Source: Takakia lepidozioides (Eukaryota; Plantae; Bryophyta). Taken from it: 64,000 bases of DNA. Positions 24,801 to 37,296 of this stretch are shown here, one piece after another (the first letter of the stretch is position 1; each line of letters opens with the position of its first letter). The notes under the pieces were generated by a model, which was given only the letters and a program-made list of their open reading frames with translations, was not told where the DNA came from and searched no databases. The stretch spans positions 56,792,001-56,856,000 of the forward strand of contig CM060732.1 in the NCBI GenBank assembly GCA_030704615.1, written 5' to 3'. The position numbers and the translations under genes were made by a program.

Positions 24801-25741
24801 AGCGGTGAAGAGGAAGTGAAGAAGTCTGAAAGCTAGAGACCAGTAAGGAGGTTGGATGATGCAGGGATTAGCAGATTCATGCCAAACGTGGATGTCTGTG
24901 GTGGGGTGTGGGTTTGGTGAGGTTTAAGGGAAGAGAGCTTGTCATGTGCGATGAAGGTAGACTGAAGTTCGATGTTTTCTTAGATCGCTTATAGAACTTC
25001 ATGTGGCAAGTGTAGACTTTGGAGACGAATGGGTACCATGGAGTAGTGATTTCTCTTCATCGTTAAATGGTGCATGTCTATGGGGGGAGAAAGGTGGACA
25101 CTTAGACGGGAGGGTGACAGTGAATGGATTCGGAGACTTTCGAGTCTCCTGGGAGACGAATTGGGCGGTAGATCGCACAAGTCCGTTACACGGTCCATTC
25201 ATCTCGCCCTGCTCAGACATTCGTTCCTAAACAGGCACTATCAACGTCCCATTTGGAAGGGGGAATGCGCAAAGCCAAACCTAATCACATGTTGCCAAGT
25301 GAAATTAGAGATTAGGTGTTGCGGTACTTACCAGAAGCAGACTTCATATGTGGGAAGAGGGAAGCTTCCCTCCCTGTGCCTCTCTTAAGGACCTCGTCGC
25401 ATACTAGACCTGCTTGCGTGCTCACAAGGATGCACACCAGAAGAAGATGAACAAGCTCCGCTGATGAAGACTCACTTGCATTCTTAGAGGAAAATGACGT
25501 ATTTCCTGCATGGGAGTGGTGAAGAGTAGTTGTATGTTTGGAGGAAGATGGTAAAATGTTGCATTTGCAGAGGAAGATGATGCGATCTAGTGGATTTTGG
25601 GATGAACATCGTGGAGAGAGGATGATGCAGAGGCGCACAATGCTGGGAGACAGTTCAGATAGAGCGCGAGAGAGAGATTTCTACGTCCAGAGAATGCCCG
25701 GAGGACCTATGGAACCCGTCACCAAGTAGAACTAGAGAGAT

Positions 25742-25746
<5 letters not shown>

Positions 25747-25782
<36 letters not shown>
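25747..25782 (+). repeat. (GA)n microsatellite abutting the GT47 start codon
   Basis: About 18 GA units running into the ATG. Confidence 0.95.
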
Positions 25783-25785
<3 letters not shown>

Positions 25786-27916
25786 GGTACTACAAGTATG
25801 TAGTGGGTGGAGCCATGTGCCTGGTAATGTTGGTTTTTACACTGCGGGCATTGCCGGACTTGGATTCAAGGCATCCCAGGCATTTCAAGAGCTCCCGAAG
25901 ATTTGCAACCCACCTAAAGCCACCTTCTGATGTCTGCGATGGGAAGAAGGTATATGTGTACGATTTACCCCCTGTATTCAACGTTAGGCTTCGTGAGAGG
26001 TGCGAAGGGGGTCTGGCAGATTGGATTGATTTCTGCCCACATTTAGTCAATGATGGAATCGGGCGGAAAATAGAGGACTGGCCTCATTGGCATTTGACGG
26101 ATGTTTACATGTTGGAGGTGATTTTCCACGAGCGAATGCTCTCGTATACATGCCGCACGGACAGCCCTGCCGATGCTGAAGCTTTCTTCATCCCCTACTA
26201 CGGAGGCCTGGAATCATTGGAGTATCTCTATGGGTCGAAAAACACTTCAAGAAACACGCAGGGAACTGAACTTACAGAGTGGTTGCGGAAGATTGCTTCG
26301 GATTCGTGGAACCGTTATGGAGGTCACGATCATTTCATGGTTTTGGGACGGACCTCCTGGGATTTCACCCGCTCGAACGACACCAGCTGGGGCACAAGGC
26401 TCCTTCAACAACCAGACCTGAAGAATATCACTACACTGGTGCTAGAGAGGATGCCTTGGGCCTATACCCAGCAGGCGGTGCCCTACCCCTCCTCTTTCCA
26501 TCCTCCCTCACAATCCGGCCTTGACGACTGGATGAGGAAGGTAGGGGAATCTCCATATCTTTCATTTGTACATGCTCAGAAAGATTGGGTTTAAGATCAG
26601 ATTTCTATGTATGATTACGAGTGACTGATATGGTGGAAGCCTGAAGTAATGTGTCGGGGAGGATCAAAGGTAAAATGGTAGTTAACTTAATTTGTACACC
26701 CAGTCATACTTTGATGCCATTGTTAACACTGTATAAACGATGATGCGATGTATGCATGGAGGGACTGGGTAGGGAAGGACAGAAGAATATTTGCTGCTTG
26801 CTGTGATGTAGTAAGGCTTATACATCATTGCTCATGCATGAGTGGGCGGGTTGGTGAAAATTGCAAAGAATAGGACTGATTAGAAAATAAAGAGGACACT
26901 GGCAGATAATAGTATGGGCTCATGACCGTGCGGATGAATATCTTGCAAAATGACTACAGAGGAAAAGCCACCAGCCACTTGCCCTAGCATGTCAAGTATT
27001 CTTTTAGCAGTAGTACTCTGGGTATAATTTTTTTCTTTATGAGTGCATGTGTGGATTGATGTGGGAAGGAACAGTCAAAGGACTGAGTAATGGAATAGAA
27101 GGACAATTTTGTAATGTGAACGGAAGTACATCTACTGGGATTAAAAAGTGGGTGTGACAAATGGGACAATGGATGGTCCAACAGACCTGTCTCTTTGCCC
27201 TTCCACTTCAAAGATGAGGTGATCATTCAGTTGTATGTTATCTGCAGGTGAAGGATGCACGGAGGACCTCTCTTTATACATTTGTGGGTGCCCCACGCCC
27301 CAATAAACCAGAGGATATACGAACTCTGCTGATCGAGCAGTGCAATGCCTCCTCCAGCTGCAGCTTTTTGGACTGCCGGAAAATCCCATGTAGCCACAAT
27401 CCGGTGCCCATTGCCCAGGCCTTTCTAAAGGCTGATTTTTGCTTGCAACCGCGGGGTGATACTGCAACCCGGAGGTCAGTCTTTGATTCGATGATTGCAG
27501 GGTGTATACCAGTATTCTTTCATGCTGATTCAGCCTACACACAATACAAATGGCATCTACCTGAGGATCCTGCGCTATACTCTGTATACATTGATGAACA
27601 AGAAATACGCGATGGGTTGAATGTAGAAGACATTCTCAATACATTTTCGCCAGAGGAGATTGAAGGCTTGCGTGAGACTGTTGTGTCTCTCATTCCAAGC
27701 TTGGTGTATAAGAACTTTTCAAGCTCCCAAGACTTTGGCAGGATGCGAGATGCATTTGACATTAGTATAGAAGAACTTTTGAAGAGAGTCAAGGCTTGGA
27801 AACAAGAGCAGCGATTTTGTTTAGTTTGCTTTGTTGGTAAGCTTTTTCTGGTAGTTTCGTGTGTTTGTCTGGTGGTGCGCTTCTTCAAACGTCGTCCAAG
27901 ACTTCTTTCAAATTGA
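25782..27916 (+). CDS. Exostosin-family GT47 glycosyltransferase (xyloglucan galactosyltransferase MUR3/XLT2-like clade). Exons 25782-26540, 27248-27916; ~475 aa
   Basis: N-terminal signal-anchor; CDGKKVYVYDLPPVFN, LEVIFHERM, FFIPYYGG, GGHDHFMVLGRTSWDF, AVPYPSSFHP, FCLQPRGDTATRRSVFDSMIAGCIPVFF, AYTQYKWHLP. Phase-0 GT-AG intron. Confidence 0.93.
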
Positions 27917-28269
27917 GGCAGGCAGGAAGGAAAGATAGGGAGACGCTTGAGAGTGTTTTGTGCTTTTCTTCAGGACAGGGATTTGTCCCTAGTTCATCTT
28001 TGATTCATGGAGAGGAGGAAGTACTTATCTGCCTTAGACTTGCTAGTAAAGACTTACAAACAAGAGGGAAAGATAGCACACAGCCTTGTGATCACATTCC
28101 CAGTGCATTGTGTGAACAGAGCCAGAAAGGAGGATTCATGAAAAAGATGTGCTAATCTAATGTTAACCCGACTAGTTTGGATGGAGCACAAAACCCAGGG
28201 GAGAGACAGAAAAAGAAAGGAAAGAAATTTATTACTCCGGGGGTGGTGGGGGGAGGAAGGAGAGAGAGA

Positions 28270-28780
28270 ATGCACTCATTAAGACGTTTGCCGTAGCCTT
28301 GTGGCCATTGACCCGGCACTCAGTTTGAGCGGAACACAAAGGGACAGAAACTACCTTTGTGAGGGGCCGACGCTGGTAGTATGACTTACTTTGAAACAGA
28401 CAATTAAGCCGAGTTTTCCAGATATCCTCTAAAAGTCCCTTCACAAAAGCATCAAGCTGCTGTGTGTTTTGCCCAAAAACTAGGCCCCAAAAGAGCCTGG
28501 ACTTTTGGCTCACCCTCACTTTCAAAGTTGGTAAAGAGAGGTTCAGGCACAATTCCCTTCATGGATTTTAAGAGGGCGTCTCTCTTGTGAGAGTACCCAG
28601 GACAATGAATCAGAAAATGAATATTGTCTTCGGGTTGCCCGCACAACGGGCAATTGCAAGCCCTCTTTCCTCTCTGCATCTATTTGCTATTCCAAGGTAG
28701 GCTTCCCGCCCAGAGTTTAAATTTCAGTCTAGTGCCGCGGGTGGGTAAACCCATGAGGTCATCCATGATGTCCTCCTCCA
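28270..28780 (-). mobile_element. 3' fragment of an RTE-X-like LINE
   Basis: GTRLKFKLWAGSLPWN..CPLCGQPEDNIHFLIHC (CCHC knuckle)..LEDIWKTR..CRVNGHKATA, then a (TC)-rich tail. Confidence 0.6.
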
Positions 28781-29244
28781 CGTCACAGACTGGAAACAAG
28801 TTCAGGGAAGTTTTTTGCCTAACTTCATTTTCATCAGACAATGTCTTGGCAACAAAAAATTGCCAGGAAACTACAGCCTTTGGACACTAACAGCCTCTAA
28901 GTCAGATTTATCCAGCAGGGGTCAAGACTTGCGGGCTAGTTCAGATCCTTGAGAATCTCTTCTACTCTCTTCCGCCAGGACTTAGCATGTTTGACAGGGA
29001 GATCCTGCTTCCAAGATATAGAGTCGATTAACTTAGGATATCTGATGTTGGACATATGTTGCAGCTGACCCGTCAGAGAGAGTTCGACCAAGGGACACCG
29101 TTCAGAAGAGTGTCTGGATGGTGTTAATTTTGAAGGGGAGTTGATTGGTAGGGGTTAACTCTGAAATGGGAGGATCAACATCTTACACAGAAGGGTACTT
29201 TGTATTATGCCTTCAAAATCAGTAGAGTTGTCCCTTTGATAATG

Positions 29245-29478
29245 TTGGAGGCCATGCCCCAGTGCCGATTCCCGGGAAAGACTGGGCGTCGCGGTTCATA
29301 CGCGGTCCAACTGTGTCCCAACACAGCCTGCTATTGGACTACATGGAACCGAGACATCAACGCGACGGTCAACATCATGCACCGGTTCTTGGAAATGCGG
29401 GACTCCCGGCCTCGCCACCCGGCATTCTGCAGGGTGGAGAGGCCGGAGAGGGACTTGCCCGGCCGCACATCTCATTAA
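29245..29478 (+). pseudogene. Fanzor/TnpB C-terminal fragment (second half of Zn ribbon plus RuvC-III)
   Basis: SYAVQLCPNTACYWTTWNRDINATVNIMHRF...RHPAFCR matches the Fanzor1-type C-terminus C-x(n)-C..WNRD.NA..NI.....RP..F.R. GC-rich island; RuvC-I/II absent. Confidence 0.8.
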
Positions 29479-29561
29479 GACTACCATAGTAACAGGCAGT
29501 CCGCGCTGAGCGGGCGAGGGTGCAAACCCTCTCCGCAATGATGCACAATGGTGGGTTTTGA
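29475..29561 (+). ncRNA. Putative Fanzor omega-RNA scaffold
   Basis: Starts at the stop codon. Outer stem TTAAGAC.TACCAT (29475-29487) pairs with ATGGTG.G.GTTTTGA (29548-29561). Inner hairpin GCGG..GAGGGT-GCAA-ACCCTC..CCGC (29510-29536) has a GNRA loop. Confidence 0.6.
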
Positions 29562-32500
29562 TACTCATGTTGAGAAGAGATGAATGTAACATACTTGGAT
29601 GGAGCAATGTCAAACCTACAACAAACGAACCCCAAATCCTCAATAATTATGTGCCACCAGACAGGAGCTGCTTCCTGAAAGCACTACCATCCAATATATC
29701 CGCTCCATATCTCTGATGTCCATATTAAGCTCCAGAGAACGTCTGCTTACAAACACTTGCAAATGGTGTCCAAAACCATTGAGAATAGTTTGTTGCACGT
29801 GCAACTAGTGAATACTCATAAAACAGAAAACATAATTTGTATACAACTGAAGTCGATTTCCAAAGCCTCTGAAAATAGTCCAACAAAAGTGGAACCTATG
29901 GAACCAAATGCTCTTGCCACCACATCCCATGGCACTGCTCTTCTGAAAGGTACTAACATCATCGCACAAAAATCATGCTATAACCTGCTCTCTTTTACAC
30001 AGTACTCATTCACAATCCAATGGCGACATACACCATCCTACCAGCACATATCTCTCTGGATAATTATATTGGCCTGCACTACACACACGCCCCAGTGCCA
30101 AACTATTACTATTACACATTTACTGCTGAACACTCTTATTACTGGGAAAGATCCACTGCAATCAAATACAAACTACTACACAAAAGCTATGCAACACTAT
30201 GCTACTTCACGAGAGGCACTTATAGAACTTTGTCATTTTTCCCTCCGACCTTTTTCCACTCTCCATGGACCTATTCAAAACGGCGCATTAAAGCTGCTGC
30301 CCAATCTCCAGTTATATTATCACCCACATTTCCCCCCTCTAATGTATGATATACACACACACCCCACCACAACAGTAAACCATATACATATGCTACAAAA
30401 ACAACTGCATGGTTACATAGTTGGCAGACATTGATTACAGATACAACATTGGCACACCTGAGGCGGGACTCCACGTCTAGCAATACATCTAAAATTCACG
30501 ACACACAAACAAAAAATATTTACCCTTGACAATGCATCATTCAAAAAATCCTAGCTCCAATTACAAAAAGGTCTCATGCCGCCAGTAAATTATATTCCCA
30601 ACACATTGCACAGTACGACCTCCAGCTGTGTATCATTAAATTGCTTACTCCATCCCACTGTCCCCCTCTATACCATGTTCAGCGTCAAGACCCCAAGCAA
30701 GGCCCCCTCTACGTAGTCACATTTAACAAAGCCTCTGCCAATATAGAACCAAAAAACAAAACAGGAACCAATCAATTATGCTTATCAAACCCATGTCCAC
30801 AAAACACCTCCGTTGGTATCCCTCAAAACCCCATGCAACCTACAAATATTGTCACACAGCTCTTGCCGGACACGGATAGCTCTATGTATGTAACTAATGC
30901 AACACCCCCTCTCGCTCAACTGCCTTGCTACACCATGCAAGATTCAAAATTTGTTATTAAAAGCTACATCCACATCGACTGGCAGCTACTGTGTGCAGAT
31001 ACAGCATTAATGCACCTGCGGCCTGATGCCACATGCAGCAATATATTCAAAACTCATAACACACGAACTAACCGTACTGATTCCCTCCTAGTAACTGTAC
31101 ACATGCAAACTATTTACAGCCTGATGTATGAATACTTTCAGAAATCCACGATGTTCCACAAATACATATCAATTACAACAAATTGTACCTCAATCCCCAT
31201 TAAACAACCCCTATTAGCTACAAGGTTGAGGCAGACTGAATGCCAATTACAAACACCTAGCTGCACCAGGATACAACATATGCTGCTTCATGATTACAGC
31301 CCTGGCCCCCCTTACCGCCATCAATACTCAGCCATATGTACCCTACCGCCACAGTGCCCCATTCAAAAGACTCGAGCCTCAATTTTAATATGGTCTCACA
31401 TCACCAATAAATACTACCAATGCATTGCAAACTGCTCCAACCAACTGTAAATCAACTACGCTCCACACAACTCACAGATCATGCAATATCCCTCACCTCT
31501 CGCTACTACAAATGACAAATCTCAAATCCCTAATTCACTAATGCCTCCGAATTGGGCTGATGTCAGCCCCTATAACCTCATGCATCTCTCACAATTGCCT
31601 CATTGCAACAAGAAACAATTACCCTCGCAACCTGGCAAAATAGCCCCATCTACGCTACCAGACCAGACGCTCTCTTACCCCCGCATTCCACCCCTGCTCC
31701 TACCTGCAACCCACTCACAAATACTTCGACAGAGTCTAAATCAACCAGATACACATAGACAGGCCCCTTATTTCTACACTGCACACTGGATCCTACGAAA
31801 ACACATTAAAAATCCCCTGCTAATTGCCCGCATAATGCAAGCAGAAAGCTCACCACATAAAATGAAGCTGCCATTTGCAGGACCCCCAAACGCCGACCTT
31901 GACCCCCCCTGCCATACTCAAAATCCACCCTAACCACCCTGACAACGGCCTTGACAACGCTGTATGTCATTAAAATGCAAATACATATCACTCAACCTGT
32001 CAACATACCATAGCTTTTGAGTCAGAAATCCATAATGCCTTGCAGTCTCATGACAATTACAGCAAGCTACATTAAGCAGCCCCTGGTAATGACACCTGAG
32101 ATGCAGACTACGCACCCATTTTTCTCATTCACCATTCCCACCAAAACCACACACGCCGCAGTTCGCCTACAAATAATCCGCCCACCACATCTCCCCTCAC
32201 ATAAAGCCACACAACTCCATAAAAAAAACTCAATACACGATCATACAAAACTCACTACACGAATCTACAGAAGATCCTTGGTGTCAGGCACCCCAATACC
32301 GCTCAAAACTGCTCACATTGACAAGCAACCAGAATATTTCGAAATGGGAGTTCACTTGAAGATCACACTAGCTATGTTTTTATGTTGAAAATTATCCGCT
32401 CAGGTATTTTGCAGAAGGCCTCTATAATCCCAAGGATAGGAAAATGTACATGAAGAGTTGTCGACCAGTACATGCCATTTGGACGCTGCTCTAGGACAAT

Positions 32501-33573
32501 GCAGATTCCTTAGATGATGGGCTTCACTATTCCCTTGAAATTGGTCTGAAATACCCTCAATACCAACTGTGAAGACCAGCCGACAGAATGTGGATGAATC
32601 TTTTAACCTCAAACCAATGAATCTTGAAACTTCCCCGATCACTTACAGCGGGATGAGATCATTCCTCGGAAGAGTCTGGAAGGATCGTTGAGTGTGGCAA
32701 CCCTAATTAATACTTGCATTTACATCACAAAAGTACAAACATTAGCATGAAACCTCTTTAAACGACATCACACCCACATATCGCTACTTAATTATTGCAC
32801 CCTACACACACCACATATCTCAGGCAAACCCCTATGCATTGTAGTAGTACGTCAAAATTACAGGCTCACCAGGAAAATGAAACAATACTCTACCTTATGC
32901 GGAAAGTTCAAAGGGAGAATAACCATTCATCAAACTAACAGGTCTAAATCCAAAATGCTACAATACTCTCCACCCCGCAGAAAACTCAAATGCAGGCTGC
33001 AGGACAAAGAACGCCATGTATCCAGGCCAACTGACATTTGGTCTACAACGGTACTCTCCCAAGACCTCATTCTCTGCCACTGTGGACCCCTGCTATGATG
33101 AGATTACAACAAATCGCTTGGCCGATGCAGGATATTGTTTGGCACTCAACCTCGACTGAAGCATACCCCCCTGAGAGCTCATGTTGCCCGCAACCAAGCC
33201 CATGCACAGATCCAACCCGCCCAACTTTCAAACCCATGGATATCATCCAAATAACACACTCCACATTCATCCAAGGGGTAACGACTCTTTTGCCCAATCC
33301 CTTTCATCCCCATTCACACCAAGAAACGAAATAGAAGATTATAATAAAAACAATGTAATAATCAAAATTAAAATCATAAAAATAATTATAATAAAAATAA
33401 TTCTCATATATTTGGACTCCGTATGCTCATGACACATAAACTGAAACCCAACAATATTACATTATATATACAAACACTATTACGCCCAAATATACTACAA
33501 GCGCCTTGTATATACTTGATAATACCAAGCCCCCAAAACATCCGCCGCCATACGAAACCTAGCGTACCAACCC

Positions 33574-34281
33574 CAGCATAGCTACGGCGTAAGCCCAGCC
33601 CCGTGAGCCTGAGAGCTGAGCTCACGCTTCAGGGAAGCGTGAACGGCACAAATATGCTGGAGAAGCAGGTCCTATAGGCGAGGATTGCAGGAAGAGGGCC
33701 TATGACCGTGGACAAAACAAAGGGGGCCACCATGCACCATGTCTGCAATGCCTGCACAAAAAGAGGAATATGAAAATATGGCAAATTTGAGCTCAGAATG
33801 ATTGACACACTTTATTTCAATTCACAGATAGACGCTTACAATGAATGGCATGTACATTTGCCCTGGTTCCGTGAACGAAATGTATGTGTTTGTCATAAAT
33901 GCAAAGTCTTCACATGATAACCTGGAAATCAGCATGGGATGCGGGCATGGCTCGTATGTGTTCAAAGAGAATCTGGCGGAGCCCTACGTGAGGTGTCCCG
34001 CTGCAGAAGGGTGATGACTTCTCCATAGCCTAGTGTGGCTTGGTGAATGAATTGGTCTCTCTTACCTTCGCAACACATAATTACAAGGTATATGTAATAT
34101 TGATGCTTGCAGGGGACCACTTCCCTCTCATGCCGAGAGCGCCCTCACGCATCGTTACAAAATCCGGATAAGTGCACGTAGGGAAATTCCCCACGGTAAC
34201 CTGATATTCTTTGCCATGAAGAACTGAGCCAATAGACAGCACTGTGTAAATCCGTCCATACCCCGGGGTAGGGACTTCGGT
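33574..34281 (-). mobile_element. MULE-SWIM family 3' end and terminus (copy 2)
   Basis: YQVTVGNFPTCTYPDF..GKW SWIM region. Collinear with 47381-48120; homology begins sharply at CAGC(A/G)TAGCTACGGCGT in both copies. Confidence 0.8.
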
Positions 34282-35253
34282 GTCGGATAATTGAGACATG
34301 TAGACAGTATATTGCAGATAGTAGCATACAGTTGCAGAATAGAGGAAACCTTCCCTGAGGCTAAGCATTGTGTGAGTTGGCTGTAGTGGCCGCCGCAGGT
34401 CTGATTGACCGACTGGGAGCTGTGTGTGCAGTAGTTGGCAGGTATCAGTGTGTTGGGAAGTCGAGTCTTTATCCGATGCATGTCCCTGGGGTTTGAGTAA
34501 TTGAGCCTGCACGAGGTGGATACACCATAGGTAAGAATTTGGTAAGCGCACTTCACTTTCCCATCGATCATGGAAAGACAACATAGGAAAAAACCCGTAA
34601 GGTCTTGTTGCGAAATTGATAGAGAGAGACAGACACAAATCAGAAGGATAGGAGGGTTCCCTGTAGATCATGGAGTAGTAGAAGATGTTATGGGCTGGCA
34701 GAATAGAAACAATTGTGAGACTCTCATCGCGGCACCCCAAGTCCACGTCCCTTGGTGGTTTGTTCGGGTGGGTTGATGTAGGATAAGTTGCATGCGTGCT
34801 AGTATTTGTTGTCCGATGAGCTCCACATACAGATGCAGAAATGGATGTCAGTCTGGCAAGGAACCTGAGATCCAGCTTAGCAGCCCCAGTACTCCCACCA
34901 AACAATTCCATCAAGTTCGGATCTGAAGCATTAGTGTTCGGGGGCCAGTCTGTAAATGACATAGTGTAGGGGGGGGATTCTAAAATAGCTGCAATATATA
35001 TAGGCGTTAAGAGAGGCATGTTGGTTGGAACATCAACAGATACAATGTATTGGAAGGGTGATACAGAGGTAGTTTTTGAGAGTTTGTCGATCATAAATGA
35101 ACTTGTTAGGGGCTTACTTACAAAGAGCAAGCTGCTTGGAGGCGCGCTCGGGAAATTGTCCTCAAAGAAAACAATGGGCGGAAGATGAACCATACAAAGA
35201 TTATTCAAAAGATTATCAGCAAAGAGCGCTATGCGCTATGCCAGGTTGAATTG

Positions 35254-37296
35254 TCACATTGCTGGTAGTGGGTGTGGCATACTTTCCCAGCTGCTTCTGA
35301 ACAGGGTATTGCACACCAGATTCCAACGGGCTACTGACTTGATGAATTGCCTCGTAGTTACAGAGTTACCTAGCTCAAAACAAAATTCATCAGACTGGGT
35401 GCATTGCCAAAAAGGCTCAACAACCAGCCCCTGTCCATCAATAAGTTGCAATGCAGCGCAAAACATAGGCCCATGGGTAGTATATGTCTTAAAAGAACTC
35501 TGGGGACAGGTTTCGTTGCAAATTCCAGATATGAGAGCTCCCTTGGTGTACTCAAAATCTGCAGGTTCATACCTTTCCATTCCTGCACCTGCCTCCCTCT
35601 GAACGGCAGTGTTTGGTGGGCCCTTTGGCAGCAAATGCCTCCACAAAGATGGTGGTCCAATGCTTGTTGTTGGTGGGACATCGGGTGCCACCGCTGGCTG
35701 GCCAACTTGTTGATTGACTGGACTGGTGGAAGGTTGGTTTACCTGGTCAGATACAGGTTGGGAGGCTGCTTGAGTAACAAATAATAAATGGCCAGCTGGT
35801 TCATCTTTCGACTCCTTTACAGGTGCCATAGTGCACAACTTGATCATCTCTGTTGCCACATTCATGGAGTAACGGTGACCGCTGTCGGGCTGATTTCCAT
35901 TCCCTGCGGAGAGTTGTTGGAGACCTGGTGGAAGATTTGCAGTCAATCCAACTGAAACACCACCAACTGCAGTCCCTGTCCTATGGGCATTGGTTACCAC
36001 ACTGGTCACCAGCTTCTCAACAGGTCCAGATGTAATTGCCATCTGAAGCACAACTGAAACATTGAAATAATTCTTCAAACCTCTTGCATTCTTATTCAGC
36101 TCATCTGTAAGCGAAGATGTCGACAGTTGCACCGGTGGTGTTGCAGCCGATTCATTAAAAGTGCGGTGTCGGGGAATCGAATCACTCCCTGACGAGTATG
36201 GTTCCGGGAGTGGGTTGGAGAGCATACTGGGCTTGGAGTCCCCAGGTTGCAACCAGACCCTATTTTCAAATGAGAAGAGGTTAGCATTGTTGCACCAAGA
36301 GCTGGTGCTGAGGGCCGAGGGCAGAGTATAGCAGGGACTTGCCGGTTGGCTGTTTGTGTGGTAATTGCTGAAGAACTGGAAGGGAGGAAATTGAGTCCAA
36401 GACAGGCGACAATATTGCGCTGGGAGTCTTTGGTGGTGACATCTACAGCATTTGTTGACAGGGCCAGTACTCCCTCGGGTGTCCAACCCGAGATTGGTCT
36501 GGACAAAGCTCTCCTGGAGCCGACTGCCCACCTTATACAACCTTCTGTCCATTAATGTACTAGCCATCATAAGTGAGCCAGCGTGGGCAAAAGGCCGGAT
36601 GCTAGAAGAAATAAAGCCCCCCACGGAGCTGCGCTGCTTGAGAGAGGGAGACGAGCGAATGTGAGGGCAGCTTTCGGTATCATAGCCAACATGCAATTCG
36701 CTGTTTTTTGCGCCAGCACGGTGTGCTGCCGTGCCTTTCAGCCCAGGCCCGCTGCGCCAGGAGTCAACCGCTACAATAGTGCGCCCATGTAAGTCAGCCC
36801 TTTGAGATGCAGAATGGGAGGTCTCAACCATGAGTGCAGTCTTTGACGATTTCCGGGAGCGAGTCACGCTGTGAGCTCGAGTTAATAGAGCTCCTGTGGT
36901 GTACTTGCGATCTACAAATGTCTTCACTTGAAATGAAACAATGAAGGGATTGAAGAGGGGATTGTTACCATGGGCAGCAGGGCTGATGCCTTGGTCATGA
37001 ATGGCGTGGTTGATGAAGGGTTTCCGTTGAGGGTATTGTTGCCTTTGGAATAGATAACTTGGAGTAGATGTCTTCCTCGTATCCACCCTCAACTTGCCCT
37101 TAATGTTGACTCTTAGATCTGCGCTGTGGGGAGGCCGACTGCGAGCCTGGTGATGCGTCATGCCATACCACAAACCCTCGACAGTGCACCAGCGTCGGGA
37201 ATAGGCGATGTTCATTTGCGAGAAAGCAGGAATCATCACAGAACGGGGGTGAAAACCTCCGCCAGAGAAGAAGCAGCTCTGGGATGAAGTGGCCAA
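35254..37296 (-). CDS. Long ORF of unknown function (680 aa, Ser/Pro/Gln-rich), flanked by same-strand ORFs of 312 aa and 375 aa
   Basis: ORF length only; no recognisable domain. Confidence 0.3.
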   Translation of the reverse strand: MATSSQSCFFSGGGFHPRSVMIPAFSQMNIAYSRRWCTVEGLWYGMTHHQARSRPPHSADLRVNIKGKLRVDTRKTSTPSYLFQRQQYPQRKPFINHAIHDQGISPAAHGNNPLFNPFIVSFQVKTFVDRKYTTGALLTRAHSVTRSRKSSKTALMVETSHSASQRADLHGRTIVAVDSWRSGPGLKGTAAHRAGAKNSELHVGYDTESCPHIRSSPSLKQRSSVGGFISSSIRPFAHAGSLMMASTLMDRRLYKVGSRLQESFVQTNLGLDTRGSTGPVNKCCRCHHQRLPAQYCRLSWTQFPPFQFFSNYHTNSQPASPCYTLPSALSTSSWCNNANLFSFENRVWLQPGDSKPSMLSNPLPEPYSSGSDSIPRHRTFNESAATPPVQLSTSSLTDELNKNARGLKNYFNVSVVLQMAITSGPVEKLVTSVVTNAHRTGTAVGGVSVGLTANLPPGLQQLSAGNGNQPDSGHRYSMNVATEMIKLCTMAPVKESKDEPAGHLLFVTQAASQPVSDQVNQPSTSPVNQQVGQPAVAPDVPPTTSIGPPSLWRHLLPKGPPNTAVQREAGAGMERYEPADFEYTKGALISGICNETCPQSSFKTYTTHGPMFCAALQLIDGQGLVVEPFWQCTQSDEFCFELGNSVTTRQFIKSVARWNLVCNTLFRSSWESMPHPLPAM

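Noticed and set aside
25538-25729. Upstream ORF before the GT47 gene
   Set aside because: Purine-rich sequence readily gives such ORFs; no evidence of conservation or of inclusion in the transcript.
29200-29478. Intact RNA-guided nuclease gene
   Set aside because: Only the last ~78 codons are homologous; RuvC-I/II, WED/REC and half of the Zn ribbon are missing.
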